From: Candidatus Hydrogenedentota bacterium
Lineage (GTDB): Bacteria > Hydrogenedentota > Hydrogenedentia > Hydrogenedentales > SLHB01
DNA length: 64,000 bases
Reading direction: 5' to 3'
NCBI GenBank assembly: GCA_045863335.1
Contig: BTVY01000026.1
Location: forward strand, 1-64,000
Shown here: one piece after another, positions 49,842 to 58,672 of the stretch
Layout of the letters: the number at the start of each line of letters is the position of its first letter
How positions within the stretch are numbered: position 1 is the first letter of the stretch
Translations under genes and position numbers: made by a program
Notes under the pieces: model-generated
Databases searched by the model: none
What the model saw: only the letters and a program-made list of their open reading frames with translations
Told to the model about the DNA's origin: nothing

Positions 49842-51308
49842 CTAGTCGATCGCGTATACGCCCTCGACAGAACCATCGCTGTCGACGACGACGAGTTTGT
49901 GTCCTTGTCCCATCGGGACGCTCTGGCCATCGATTACGATGACGCCCGTCGCGATGGTGAATTGAATCGTTCCAAATGTGCAGGCCGTCACGCCCTTGGC
50001 ATAGTCGAACGTAAACGCTTCGTTGCCAATCCCCGCGGTTCCGCTGGCCTGCGCACGATCCTCGGACGAAATGATGACACGACCGCCGCGCGTGCCGCCG
50101 GGAAACGTCATGTCGCGGACCGCGATGCGCACATCGCCGAGGTCCGTGATGCCGTATCCATGTTTCGAATAGGTGACCCGGCTGGCAACGGCCTGTGGTT
50201 TTCCGCTCGCCGATGTGGAGTCGTAGCTTACTTCCGTTTCAAATGGAAGCTTGCCTAGTTTCTGCGATTCTCCACTCATGGCGGACGCCGGCTGCACGTC
50301 GCCCGCGCTATCGCCTCCAGCCATCGCCACCGGCGGTTCCGGCGTGCTCACCGGCATTACATCTTCCACCGTTTCAGACTTGGCTTGCTCTTTGTCTCCA
50401 TTTCCGACAAGGCCGAACGTCAACTTGCTCATCAGCGAACGCTTCGGCGCATCCGCAGACTCGGATTCCTCTGCCGCGTCCTCTTGCGCTCTAGCCGTCT
50501 GCTTCTCTTCTTTTCGAGCCTGTTTCTCAGCCTTTTCCTGTTCCTTCGCGGCTTGCTTGGCCTCTTTCTTTGCGGCCTTCTCTTCCGAATCGCCGCCAAC
50601 GAGACCAAAAGTTGCCTTGCTCATGAAGCCGCGCTTCGACTCATCTTCGGATTCGGCCGGCTCGGCCTTGGCCATCTGATCCTCGTCCTTGCGGGCCTGT
50701 TTCTCAGCTTGCTTCTGCTCTTTGGCGGCTTGCTTCTCGGACTTCTTTTCGGCTTCAGCCTGCCGTTTGGCTTCTTTCTTCGCGGCTTTCTCTTCCGACT
50801 CGCCGCCCACCAGGCCAAAGGTTGCCTTGTTCATGAACCCACGCTTTGGCTCTTCCGCGGACGGGGAAGACTCGGCCTGAGACTTCGCCATGCGCTTTTC
50901 GTCATCGCGAGCCTGCTTCTCGGCTTTCTTCTGTTCCTTGGCGGCACGCTTTTCGGCCTGCTTCTGCTCTTCGGCCTGGCGTTTGGCTTCCTTCTTCGCG
51001 GCTTTCTCTTCCGACTCGCCGCCGACCATGCCAAACGTCGCTTTGCTCATGAATCCCCGACCGGATTCCTCTTCTTTCTTGGCCTGTTTCTCCGCTTTTT
51101 TCTGCTCTTTGGCCGCCTGCTTTTCCGCCTTTTCCTGCTCTTTTTCCGCGTGCTTCTGCTCGGCGGAGGCTTCATCCTCCGAGCCGACCAGCCCGAACGT
51201 GGCCTTGTTCATGACGTTCTTGGTCGAGGCGCAGCCCGGCCCCGATACGGTCAACCCGACAAGGATCAGCACGAGAAGTATCCGGGTCCAGAAACCTGTG
51301 GATCGCAT
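49842..51308 (-). CDS. Putative lipoprotein with five KATFGLVG repeats and charged linkers
   Basis: Hydrophobic leader ending GPGC; repeats M(N/S)K(A/L)TFG(L/M)VG; beta-rich C-terminal domain. Confidence 0.75.
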   Translation of the reverse strand: MRSTGFWTRILLVLILVGLTVSGPGCASTKNVMNKATFGLVGSEDEASAEQKHAEKEQEKAEKQAAKEQKKAEKQAKKEEESGRGFMSKATFGMVGGESEEKAAKKEAKRQAEEQKQAEKRAAKEQKKAEKQARDDEKRMAKSQAESSPSAEEPKRGFMNKATFGLVGGESEEKAAKKEAKRQAEAEKKSEKQAAKEQKQAEKQARKDEDQMAKAEPAESEDESKRGFMSKATFGLVGGDSEEKAAKKEAKQAAKEQEKAEKQARKEEKQTARAQEDAAEESESADAPKRSLMSKLTFGLVGNGDKEQAKSETVEDVMPVSTPEPPVAMAGGDSAGDVQPASAMSGESQKLGKLPFETEVSYDSTSASGKPQAVASRVTYSKHGYGITDLGDVRIAVRDMTFPGGTRGGRVIISSEDRAQASGTAGIGNEAFTFDYAKGVTACTFGTIQFTIATGVIVIDGQSVPMGQGHKLVVVDSDGSVEGVYAID

Positions 51309-51353
51309 GAGGACGAACTCCTTACGGTAAAGTGCCTACAGAATGAATCGAAA

Positions 51354-52001
51354 CTATGAGTTGTATTTGCGCAGTACGTCGGTGAGAGCTTCCCGCAGCA
51401 AAACCGCTTCACCGATGCCTTCCCGCTTTGCGAGGCGCGCCAATCCCGCCAACTGCCCCTGCGTGTAGTGGCTCGTCTTGGTCTGCATCTTCTCTTCCCT
51501 GGCCAGGCAGACCTTGTTCCGTCCCGAGACTTTGGCTCGATACAGCGCCTCGTTCACTTTTCGCACCAGCTCCGGCGCTTTCGAATCATCGTCTGGAAAG
51601 GAAGCCACACCCGCGCTTAACGTAAGCCCCAATTCTACCTCGCGTCCGCCGCATCTGACAATGTGTTTACGGTCGAAGGCGCGCCGTGCATCCTCCGCCA
51701 GTAGAAACGCGTCTTCCTTTTCCACCCCGGGCATGACCGCCATGTGGGCGTCTCCGCCGTAACGCAGAACCTGCCCCCGGCCGTCAATACATTCCACCAA
51801 TGACGCCGCAAACGCATCGATCACCGCATCGCCCACAGGACGTCCATGGTCGTGATTGGTCCTGCCGAACCAATCAATATCGAAGAGAATCAGCGATAGC
51901 ACGGAATTCCGTTCTGCCGCCTGATCCAGGAGTGGTTGAAACTCCTGGGAAAAGCACTCGAAGAACGTTCGGTTTTCACTGGCGTTTGCTTGGGTTTTCA
52001 T
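51354..52001 (-). CDS. Degenerate GGDEF domain fused to a ribbon-helix-helix domain
   Basis: DIDWF...HGRPVGD, RYGGDAH, SAGVA, ALYRAKVSGRN; tail KTSHYTQGQLAGLARLAKREGIGEAVLLREALTDVLRKY. Confidence 0.82.
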   Translation of the reverse strand: MKTQANASENRTFFECFSQEFQPLLDQAAERNSVLSLILFDIDWFGRTNHDHGRPVGDAVIDAFAASLVECIDGRGQVLRYGGDAHMAVMPGVEKEDAFLLAEDARRAFDRKHIVRCGGREVELGLTLSAGVASFPDDDSKAPELVRKVNEALYRAKVSGRNKVCLAREEKMQTKTSHYTQGQLAGLARLAKREGIGEAVLLREALTDVLRKYNS

Positions 52002-52035
52002 GGGGCTTACTACTATCGGTTCGAGGGAACTTTCG

Positions 52036-52140
52036 TAAACTAATGCTGTTCTTATACCATTAGTTTATACATATGTCAACATACATATAATCACATGATG
52101 TCCATATAAATTGCGTGCGTTGACTTTCTAATGTAGTCAA
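52036..52140 (-). promoter_or_regulatory. sigma70 promoter with overlapping palindromic operator candidates
   Basis: Minus strand TTGACA(52079-74)-17-TATAAG(52056-51) with TG extension; TAAACTAATG-N12-CATTAGTTTA; TTGACT-N9-AGTCAA. Confidence 0.65.
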
Positions 52141-52182
52141 TAAATTCGAGTTCGGCAGGTCCTGCAACCGGCCCTTCGCTCA

Positions 52183-52980
52183 TCAGGATGGCTTGTCAAG
52201 CGAGCTGTTCGCGGGGGGAAGTAAAGATGGGTGAGGTCCGTGTTTTAAGAAGACTCCCGCGTGGACCAGTGCTGCCGACCAGACGATCGCAATGTGAACG
52301 ACCGTCACTCGTTCCAGCACAAACCGGGCGTCGGGAACACTGATGGCGATGATCCCGGAGATGCCCGCAACCGCGAGCCCTACCGGCAGGAGTAGCGGAG
52401 GGATACGCCAGAAGTAAGCCGTGTATCCAGCGCACAGCATGAGGCACGCGGCCGAAATCGATCCCCATTTGATGCGCGTCCAGTATTGAAGCTGCGTCAT
52501 CGTAGCTACCGAGATTTCGGCCGGAGTTTCCACGTGGGTGAGTTCGTGTAGCGTCATGTTCTCGACGATATCCCCGATTAACATGGCGACCGAGAGAATG
52601 AGGCCGAGAATCAAAAACGCCTTGAGCTTCACGAGCCCCGTGAATCGGTACGTGTTCAGGTGGGAGACGAAAACGATGAGGCAGGCATTAAACGCGCTGT
52701 AACACACCATAAACGCGAAATCGTATACGTTGATGGTATCGAGATTCTGACGCAACGCTTCGCCCTTCTCGGAATCGAAGGGCCCGAGAACCTTGAAGAC
52801 CTCATCCGGTGAGCCGGCAAGTTCAAGCCATAGCATGGCCGATTTGAAGCCTACCGAGTTGGGGTACTGATACGGGGAGATGTCGCCGCCGGTCATGACT
52901 TGCATCACGATGACCGATAGTATCGTAGCTGACCCGGAGATCACGACCAACTTCGCTGCTGCGCGTCCGATGCTCTTCAT
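52183..52980 (-). CDS. Integral membrane hypothetical protein
   Basis: About 6 TM segments; WLELA, DIVEN, IKW motifs. Confidence 0.65.
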   Translation of the reverse strand: MKSIGRAAAKLVVISGSATILSVIVMQVMTGGDISPYQYPNSVGFKSAMLWLELAGSPDEVFKVLGPFDSEKGEALRQNLDTINVYDFAFMVCYSAFNACLIVFVSHLNTYRFTGLVKLKAFLILGLILSVAMLIGDIVENMTLHELTHVETPAEISVATMTQLQYWTRIKWGSISAACLMLCAGYTAYFWRIPPLLLPVGLAVAGISGIIAISVPDARFVLERVTVVHIAIVWSAALVHAGVFLKHGPHPSLLPPANSSLDKPS

Positions 52981-53045
52981 GGGTCAACCCCTCAAGTGAA
53001 CCCGCGGGTACCAGCCGCACTGGGCGAACGGCTGGCCCCTTGTAC

Positions 53046-53070
53046 AAAAAAGCGCCCCCGAGAGGTGCGC
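53046..53070 (-). terminator. Putative terminator after aconitase
   Basis: Minus strand GCGCACC-tctcg-GGGGCGC-TTTTTT directly after the stop. Confidence 0.55.
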
Positions 53071-55341
53071 TCAGGCGTTTACACCGCTGCGAATCAGGTT
53101 TAACGCGCTTCCCGCTCTAAACCACTCGATCTGGTTCTCATTGTACGTATGGTTGACCTTGAACTCGTCGGTCGTGCCGTCGGCATGGCGCAACACAATG
53201 GTCAAGGGCTTTCCCGGCGCGAACTCCGTCAGCCCCACAATATCGATGGTGTCGTCTTCCTGGACCTTGTCATAGTCGGCCTTGTCGGCAAACGTCAGCG
53301 CGAGCATGCCCTGCTTCTTGAGGTTGGTCTCATGGATACGCGCGAAGCTGCGAACCAGGATAGCTCGCACGCCGAGATGCCGCGGCTCCATGGCCGCGTG
53401 TTCCCGGGAGGAACCCTCGCCGTAGTTCTCATCACCCACCACGACCGTCCCAATTCCCGCTTCCTTATACGCTCGCTGAGTCGTCGGCACGGGGCCATAC
53501 TCGCCGGTGAGTTGATTCTTCACCTTGTTGGCTTCGTCGTTGAACGCGTTGATGGCGCCGATGAAGCAGTTCTCAGAAATGTTGTCGAGATGCCCCCGGT
53601 ACCGCAGCCACGGCCCGGCCATGGATATGTGGTCCGTCGTGCACTTCCCCTTTGCCTTGAGCAGGAGGCGCAGGCCCGCTAAGTCCGTACCTTCCCACGC
53701 GGGGAAGGGATCAAGGAGTTGGAGGCGCTTGGAGTCGGGTTTGACAACGACTTCCACATGGCTACCGTCCTCTGCGGGCGCTTGATACCCCGGGTCCTCG
53801 CACGCAAACCCTTTGGCGGGCAATTCCTCGCCGGATGGCGGGTCGAGTTTGACCTGCTTCCCGCCTTCCGTAGTTAACGTGTCCGTCAGCGGATTGAACC
53901 GCAGGTCGCCCGCGAGTGCCAGCGCGGTGACCAGTTCCGGCGATGTGACAAAAGCATGCGTCTTCGGATTGCCGTCGTTGCGTTTGGCGAAGTTGCGGTT
54001 GAAGGAAGTGACGATCGTATTCGGTTCGTCGTTTCCGCCGTGCCGGTGCCGTTCCCACTGCCCGATGCAGGGTCCGCAGGCGTTTGCCAGCACGACGCCT
54101 CCGATGGCCTCAAAGTCTTTGAGAATACCGTCGCGTTCCACCGTGTAGCGGACCTGCTCCGAACCCGGCGTAATGGTGAATTCGGCCTTCGCTTTGATGC
54201 CCTTCTCGCTGGCCTGACGCGCCAGAGACGCGGAGCGTGACATGTCTTCGTACGAAGAATTCGTGCAGGACCCGATAAGCCCCACCTCGATGGTCGTCGG
54301 CCAGTCGTGTTCCTTGGCTGCTTCCGCGAGTTTGGAAATAGGCCACGCCAAGTCGGGCGTGAACGGGCCATTCACGTGAGGCTCCAGCGTGCTCAGGTCG
54401 ATCTCGATGAGTTGGTCGTAGTATTCCGACGGATTGGAATAGACCTCCGAGTCGGGCCGGAGATGCTCCCGATAAGCCTCCGCCGCTTCCGCCACGTCGG
54501 CCCGGTCCGTTGCGCGCAAGTACCGCGCCATAGAGTCGTCATACGCAAAGATCGAGGTTGTCGCACCGATTTCGGCACCCATATTGCAGACCGTGCCTTT
54601 GCCCGTGCACGACAGAGACTCCGAACCGGGGCCAAAGTACTCGACAATCGCGCCGGTTCCGCCCTTTACCGTGAGAATTCCGGCAACCTTCAGGATGACG
54701 TCCTTTGCGGACGCCCAGCCGCTGAGTTTGCCCGTCAAGTGGACGCCGATGACCTTCGGAAACTTGAGTTCCCAAGCCATCCCCGCCATCACATCGACCG
54801 CGTCGGCGCCGCCCACACCGATAGCGATCATGCCGAGACCGCCCGCATTCGGCGTGTGAGAGTCCGTGCCAATCATCATGCCCCCGGGGAACGCATAGTT
54901 TTCGAGCACGACCTGGTGAATGATCCCCGCGCCGGGCTTCCAGAAGCCGATGCCGTACTTATCCGAAACGGACGACAGAAAATCGTAGACTTCCTTGTTG
55001 ACGTCGATCGCGGTGAGCAAATCCTCGCGCGCGCCAACCTTGGCTTGAATGAGGTGGTCGCAATGGACGGTCGAAGGGACCGCCGTCTTGGCCCGGCCGG
55101 CTTGCATGAACTGCAGCAACGCCATCTGGGCCGTGGCATCCTGCATGGCGACACGGTCGGGCGCGAAATCGACGTAGGACTCGCCCCGCGCATAGGCCTC
55201 CTTCGCGACGCCGTCGAACAAGTGCGCGTAGAGGATCTTTTCCGTCAGGGTCAACGGCCGGCCAAGGACCCTTCGCGCCGCCGCGACGCGGTCCGCGATG
55301 CGGCCGTACACCGCTTGTATCATGTCAACGTCAAATGCCAT
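53071..55341 (-). CDS. Aconitate hydratase (mitochondrial-type)
   Basis: [58 protein letters not shown]. Confidence 0.95.
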   Translation of the reverse strand: MAFDVDMIQAVYGRIADRVAAARRVLGRPLTLTEKILYAHLFDGVAKEAYARGESYVDFAPDRVAMQDATAQMALLQFMQAGRAKTAVPSTVHCDHLIQAKVGAREDLLTAIDVNKEVYDFLSSVSDKYGIGFWKPGAGIIHQVVLENYAFPGGMMIGTDSHTPNAGGLGMIAIGVGGADAVDVMAGMAWELKFPKVIGVHLTGKLSGWASAKDVILKVAGILTVKGGTGAIVEYFGPGSESLSCTGKGTVCNMGAEIGATTSIFAYDDSMARYLRATDRADVAEAAEAYREHLRPDSEVYSNPSEYYDQLIEIDLSTLEPHVNGPFTPDLAWPISKLAEAAKEHDWPTTIEVGLIGSCTNSSYEDMSRSASLARQASEKGIKAKAEFTITPGSEQVRYTVERDGILKDFEAIGGVVLANACGPCIGQWERHRHGGNDEPNTIVTSFNRNFAKRNDGNPKTHAFVTSPELVTALALAGDLRFNPLTDTLTTEGGKQVKLDPPSGEELPAKGFACEDPGYQAPAEDGSHVEVVVKPDSKRLQLLDPFPAWEGTDLAGLRLLLKAKGKCTTDHISMAGPWLRYRGHLDNISENCFIGAINAFNDEANKVKNQLTGEYGPVPTTQRAYKEAGIGTVVVGDENYGEGSSREHAAMEPRHLGVRAILVRSFARIHETNLKKQGMLALTFADKADYDKVQEDDTIDIVGLTEFAPGKPLTIVLRHADGTTDEFKVNHTYNENQIEWFRAGSALNLIRSGVNA

Positions 55342-55450
55342 ATCTTCACCTCGCCTGTCGCAGGGATTCCCTGATCATGTGCCGATCAACGCGAACCTGC
55401 ATTCTATAACGGTTTCTCGGATTGGGGCAAATCGGGACCCCGTGCAACCT

Positions 55451-57217
55451 CTACCTTGCGACCGATGTCGACGCGAACGGGGCATCATCGTCCGTCACTT
55501 TCATTTCATCGTCGAGCAATGGAAGGCCGGTATCGAAGAGCCGATTAAACGCTACACGAAAAACGTTCACGAGACTGAGCGAGGGGTACACCACGTCGTT
55601 GTCACCGTTGGCCGGCTGCGGAAAACGGGCGGCGATCAGATTCGCATAACGTCTATCGACGCCGGCATCGCTCGGCTGGAGTGACAGGGGCGCGCCCCGG
55701 CTCGAAAAGACGAGAACTGCGCAGGGCCGGCTCGACTGCCCCGCGACCACCTCGGCGATTTCGGTCACGATGCGATTCGTGAAAAAGAGTTGGTCGAGAT
55801 AAGCCTCCCGAAATTCAGCGTCTTCACCCCGCATGCCCCGCTGTACCGAGAGCGACCCCGGCCCGAACGGTTGTGCGCGCCCCCCGTCCCGGGTGAAAAG
55901 GTATGGCGGTTCCGGGACGAGCAGATTGGCGAATACGAAACGCGGCTGCTCAGATTTCTCGCCGCGAATCCGTTTCAACGCATCGACGGCGTGGAGGATG
56001 CGCGTCCGGCGAAAGGCGTAGTGCCAATAGGCGGGGTTTCGGTATTGGAGAAAATACACCGATTCCATAACGCGGGATGCCACAGTTCTTCCCGCGAGCA
56101 CCATTTCAAACTCGCCGGGCGAACGAGGCGGCTCCAGACGCGCATCGACGGCCGGCTCGTCCAACTCCAGCGACTGGACGCCGGGGGACAGGGCGATGAT
56201 GCGATACCCCTGGGAACGAAGAAACGAAAAGACCCGGTTCGAATGATACAGGTCGAGAACGTTGTCAACGGTGCCTTCGGCCCGGTCGGCAGCCACTACC
56301 AGGTCGTCGAGATAGTCGAGATTCAGGCAGCCGGTCAAGGAGAATGCCGGCACCGTATAATTCGAGATGCTGTCCTGCGCGATTTCGAAGCCGAGATTGC
56401 GCAGGGCGCTTTCAAATGCCATGTTGTTAAAGCCATACGTGGTGCGCAGGACGTCGGATCGGGCGTAGCCGTCCAGACAAATCACGTAGATATCCGGCAA
56501 TTCCGCATCCTTCTCCACGGCTGGGGTGATGTCCATGGGAACGATTTCCACTTCAGGCACCGGTGTGCGGTTAAACAACACCACGCCGCAATACAACGCG
56601 ATTAGAATTCCGGCAAACCAGTTCGCCGAAGGGGTCAACGCGCGATAGTCGCTCCTCGAACGCAGGACTCCGTACACGACGAAGCACGTAATGACGAGGT
56701 AGACCGTTATGATCCAGGCGGCGCGCCGTCCAAAGACGGGGGCCAGCAGGAAGGTGGCGACAACGAGACCCACCAATGCAACAGGCACCATTACCAGTGC
56801 AAAATTCCCCATCGCGCGCTTGCTTTTGCGATAGCGGTATAAATATCCGCCGATTCCCAAGAGCACCAGCCCGGCATAGGCCACATAAAACGTGGATGGG
56901 GACCACGAAGAAAGCAGGGGCACGACGGCTGCGATCGCGTCCTCCAAAACGCCCCACAACACGATGAAAGCCAGGACCAGCGCCGACGCGACGAACCCGG
57001 CGCGATACCGGTCGCGCAGAAGGACCCAACACAGGATCCAAAGCATGGCAGCGCAAACGGTGAGTACCATGGCTGGACGTACGAGCACGTGGAGGGGCGT
57101 CACGGAGGCATTCTGGGCGTAGAGCCCCAACAGCGGCGTCAGAGACAACATCATGGGATGTAGAACACGAACAGTGCGCAAATTTTCCAGGGCACGTTCG
57201 CCGACACCAGTGCTCAT
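55451..57217 (-). CDS. Membrane protein with sulfatase/LTA-synthase-like domain (degenerate active site)
   Basis: Several N-terminal TMs; PDIYVICLDGY, SNY, PxPPY, SLVNVFR. Confidence 0.7.
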   Translation of the reverse strand: MSTGVGERALENLRTVRVLHPMMLSLTPLLGLYAQNASVTPLHVLVRPAMVLTVCAAMLWILCWVLLRDRYRAGFVASALVLAFIVLWGVLEDAIAAVVPLLSSWSPSTFYVAYAGLVLLGIGGYLYRYRKSKRAMGNFALVMVPVALVGLVVATFLLAPVFGRRAAWIITVYLVITCFVVYGVLRSRSDYRALTPSANWFAGILIALYCGVVLFNRTPVPEVEIVPMDITPAVEKDAELPDIYVICLDGYARSDVLRTTYGFNNMAFESALRNLGFEIAQDSISNYTVPAFSLTGCLNLDYLDDLVVAADRAEGTVDNVLDLYHSNRVFSFLRSQGYRIIALSPGVQSLELDEPAVDARLEPPRSPGEFEMVLAGRTVASRVMESVYFLQYRNPAYWHYAFRRTRILHAVDALKRIRGEKSEQPRFVFANLLVPEPPYLFTRDGGRAQPFGPGSLSVQRGMRGEDAEFREAYLDQLFFTNRIVTEIAEVVAGQSSRPCAVLVFSSRGAPLSLQPSDAGVDRRYANLIAARFPQPANGDNDVVYPSLSLVNVFRVAFNRLFDTGLPLLDDEMKVTDDDAPFASTSVAR

Positions 57218-57364
57218 TGATTGTTTACAGCCTTTCCCAGTCCGCGATTGGGCCGTATCGTATCAGATTCCACAGAACGGAATCATCCAGCGGATTCGGC
57301 ATTGAGTATCGAGCAAATTCAAAGTGCGTTTATTGAGAAGTAAACTCGCGACGGGTGCTGTGAA

Positions 57365-57434
57365 AATCTATATAATGTATTGATTCAAAAAATCACCACA
57401 ACATATTGAATTTAATCCAGTCCAGTGATACACT
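57365..57434 (+). promoter_or_regulatory. Tandem NrdR boxes overlapping a sigma70 promoter
   Basis: aatCTATATAATGtat (57365) and ccaCAACATATTGaat (57396), 31 bp apart; TTGAAT-17-TACACT. Confidence 0.75.
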
Positions 57435-57647
57435 GTTCCCATAGCGGTAAAAGGCGTGAAGCCGACGGATTCTGGGGGATCACAGGGGTTCGAAGGCCTG
57501 TCCGGAGTGCGCAATATGCACGGTCAGGGTCACGCTAATCCTTTTATTTTTATTGGGTTAGGGTTAATTCAGACCACCGGTGCCGTCTTTAGGGAGTACG
57601 GTACTTGGTCACCAACGCCGGGCGGAAAGGCGAGGGTAACGACGTGG

Positions 57648-57676
57648 TGGACATCGCGGAAGTGCGCTTCTATAAT
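57648..57676 (+). promoter_or_regulatory. Second putative sigma70 promoter for thyX
   Basis: TGGACA-17-TATAAT. Confidence 0.55.
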
Positions 57677-57810
57677 ACATTGGCGCTGCCCCGACCCGGT
57701 GAGCGTCTGACCACCGGGGTTCCGCACCCAAACTCTGAACTCTCCAAGTTGTTTGATGATAGCTATTTAGCGTTTTCGCCCCGTTTGGGCGTCCTGCAAT
57801 TGGATGGACC

Positions 57811-58593
57811 ATGGAATTTGTAGAACCAAAAGTGTTCCTTATCGGAGAAACCCGCGTTGTCGAGGAGGGTCTCCAGGCCTATTTACAGCATGTCGGGACG
57901 CCCCAATGGTCTACGGACGCGCCTAGCGACTCTGAGAAGCTTTGCGAAGTCTACGGGCGCCTTTGCTATCGGAGTTTCGAGCCGGGACTGAACCCCAATG
58001 TCACTCGCGTTCGTAAAGGAAACGCCAATTACCTCGGCCACGTGCTCGAGGTCGGTCACGGTAGCGTGATTGAGCACGCGGTTCTGAACTTCATCCTCGC
58101 CGACGTGAGCCGGGTGTTCACCCATGAACTGGTGCGCCACCGCGCCGGCACGGCCATCTCGCAAGAGTCGCTGCGGTTTGTGCGCCTGGATCGGCTGTCG
58201 GCGTACGTGCCATCGCACATCAAGGAGGACGAAAAGGGACTCGAAGTGTTCGGCAGGACCCTCGAGCACCTGGAATCCGTACAGCGCGAACTGGCCGAGG
58301 TGTACGCCATCGAGGATGAGAAGAAGTTCGACCGCAAGAAGAAGCTTACATCGGCCTTCCGTCGCGTCGCGCCCGAGGGATTGGCGACGACGATTGGCTG
58401 GTCATGCAATTTCCGGGCGCTGCGGCACGTGATCGAGATGCGCACCGCGCCGGACGCCGAAGAAGAGCTAAGGTTTGTATTCGGCAAGGTGTACGAAGCC
58501 GTGAAGGATCGGTACACGAGTCTGATGGGCGACTATGAAGTGGAAGTCGTGGACGGACTGCCATGGATTCGCACGCCCCACAAGAAAGTTTGA
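57811..58593 (+). CDS. thyX: FAD-dependent thymidylate synthase
   Basis: GHGSVIEH, SRVFTHELVRHRAGTAISQESLRF (RHRX7SXR), NFRALRH. Confidence 0.95.
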   Translation: MEFVEPKVFLIGETRVVEEGLQAYLQHVGTPQWSTDAPSDSEKLCEVYGRLCYRSFEPGLNPNVTRVRKGNANYLGHVLEVGHGSVIEHAVLNFILADVSRVFTHELVRHRAGTAISQESLRFVRLDRLSAYVPSHIKEDEKGLEVFGRTLEHLESVQRELAEVYAIEDEKKFDRKKKLTSAFRRVAPEGLATTIGWSCNFRALRHVIEMRTAPDAEEELRFVFGKVYEAVKDRYTSLMGDYEVEVVDGLPWIRTPHKKV

Positions 58594-58672
58594 GTTTAAC
58601 GACGCTACGGAGGGACGCGGGGGTCCGTTCGTTAAGATACGAGATGATTCTGCGAAAGTGAGGTGACGCCAC

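Noticed and set aside
50400-51220. CRISPR-like DNA repeats
   Set aside because: Repeats are in-frame coding repeats of the lipoprotein with related, not unique, spacers; no cas genes.
57456-57710. Small ORF in the thyX leader
   Set aside because: No clear RBS or motif, atypical codon composition, and it overlaps a promoter.
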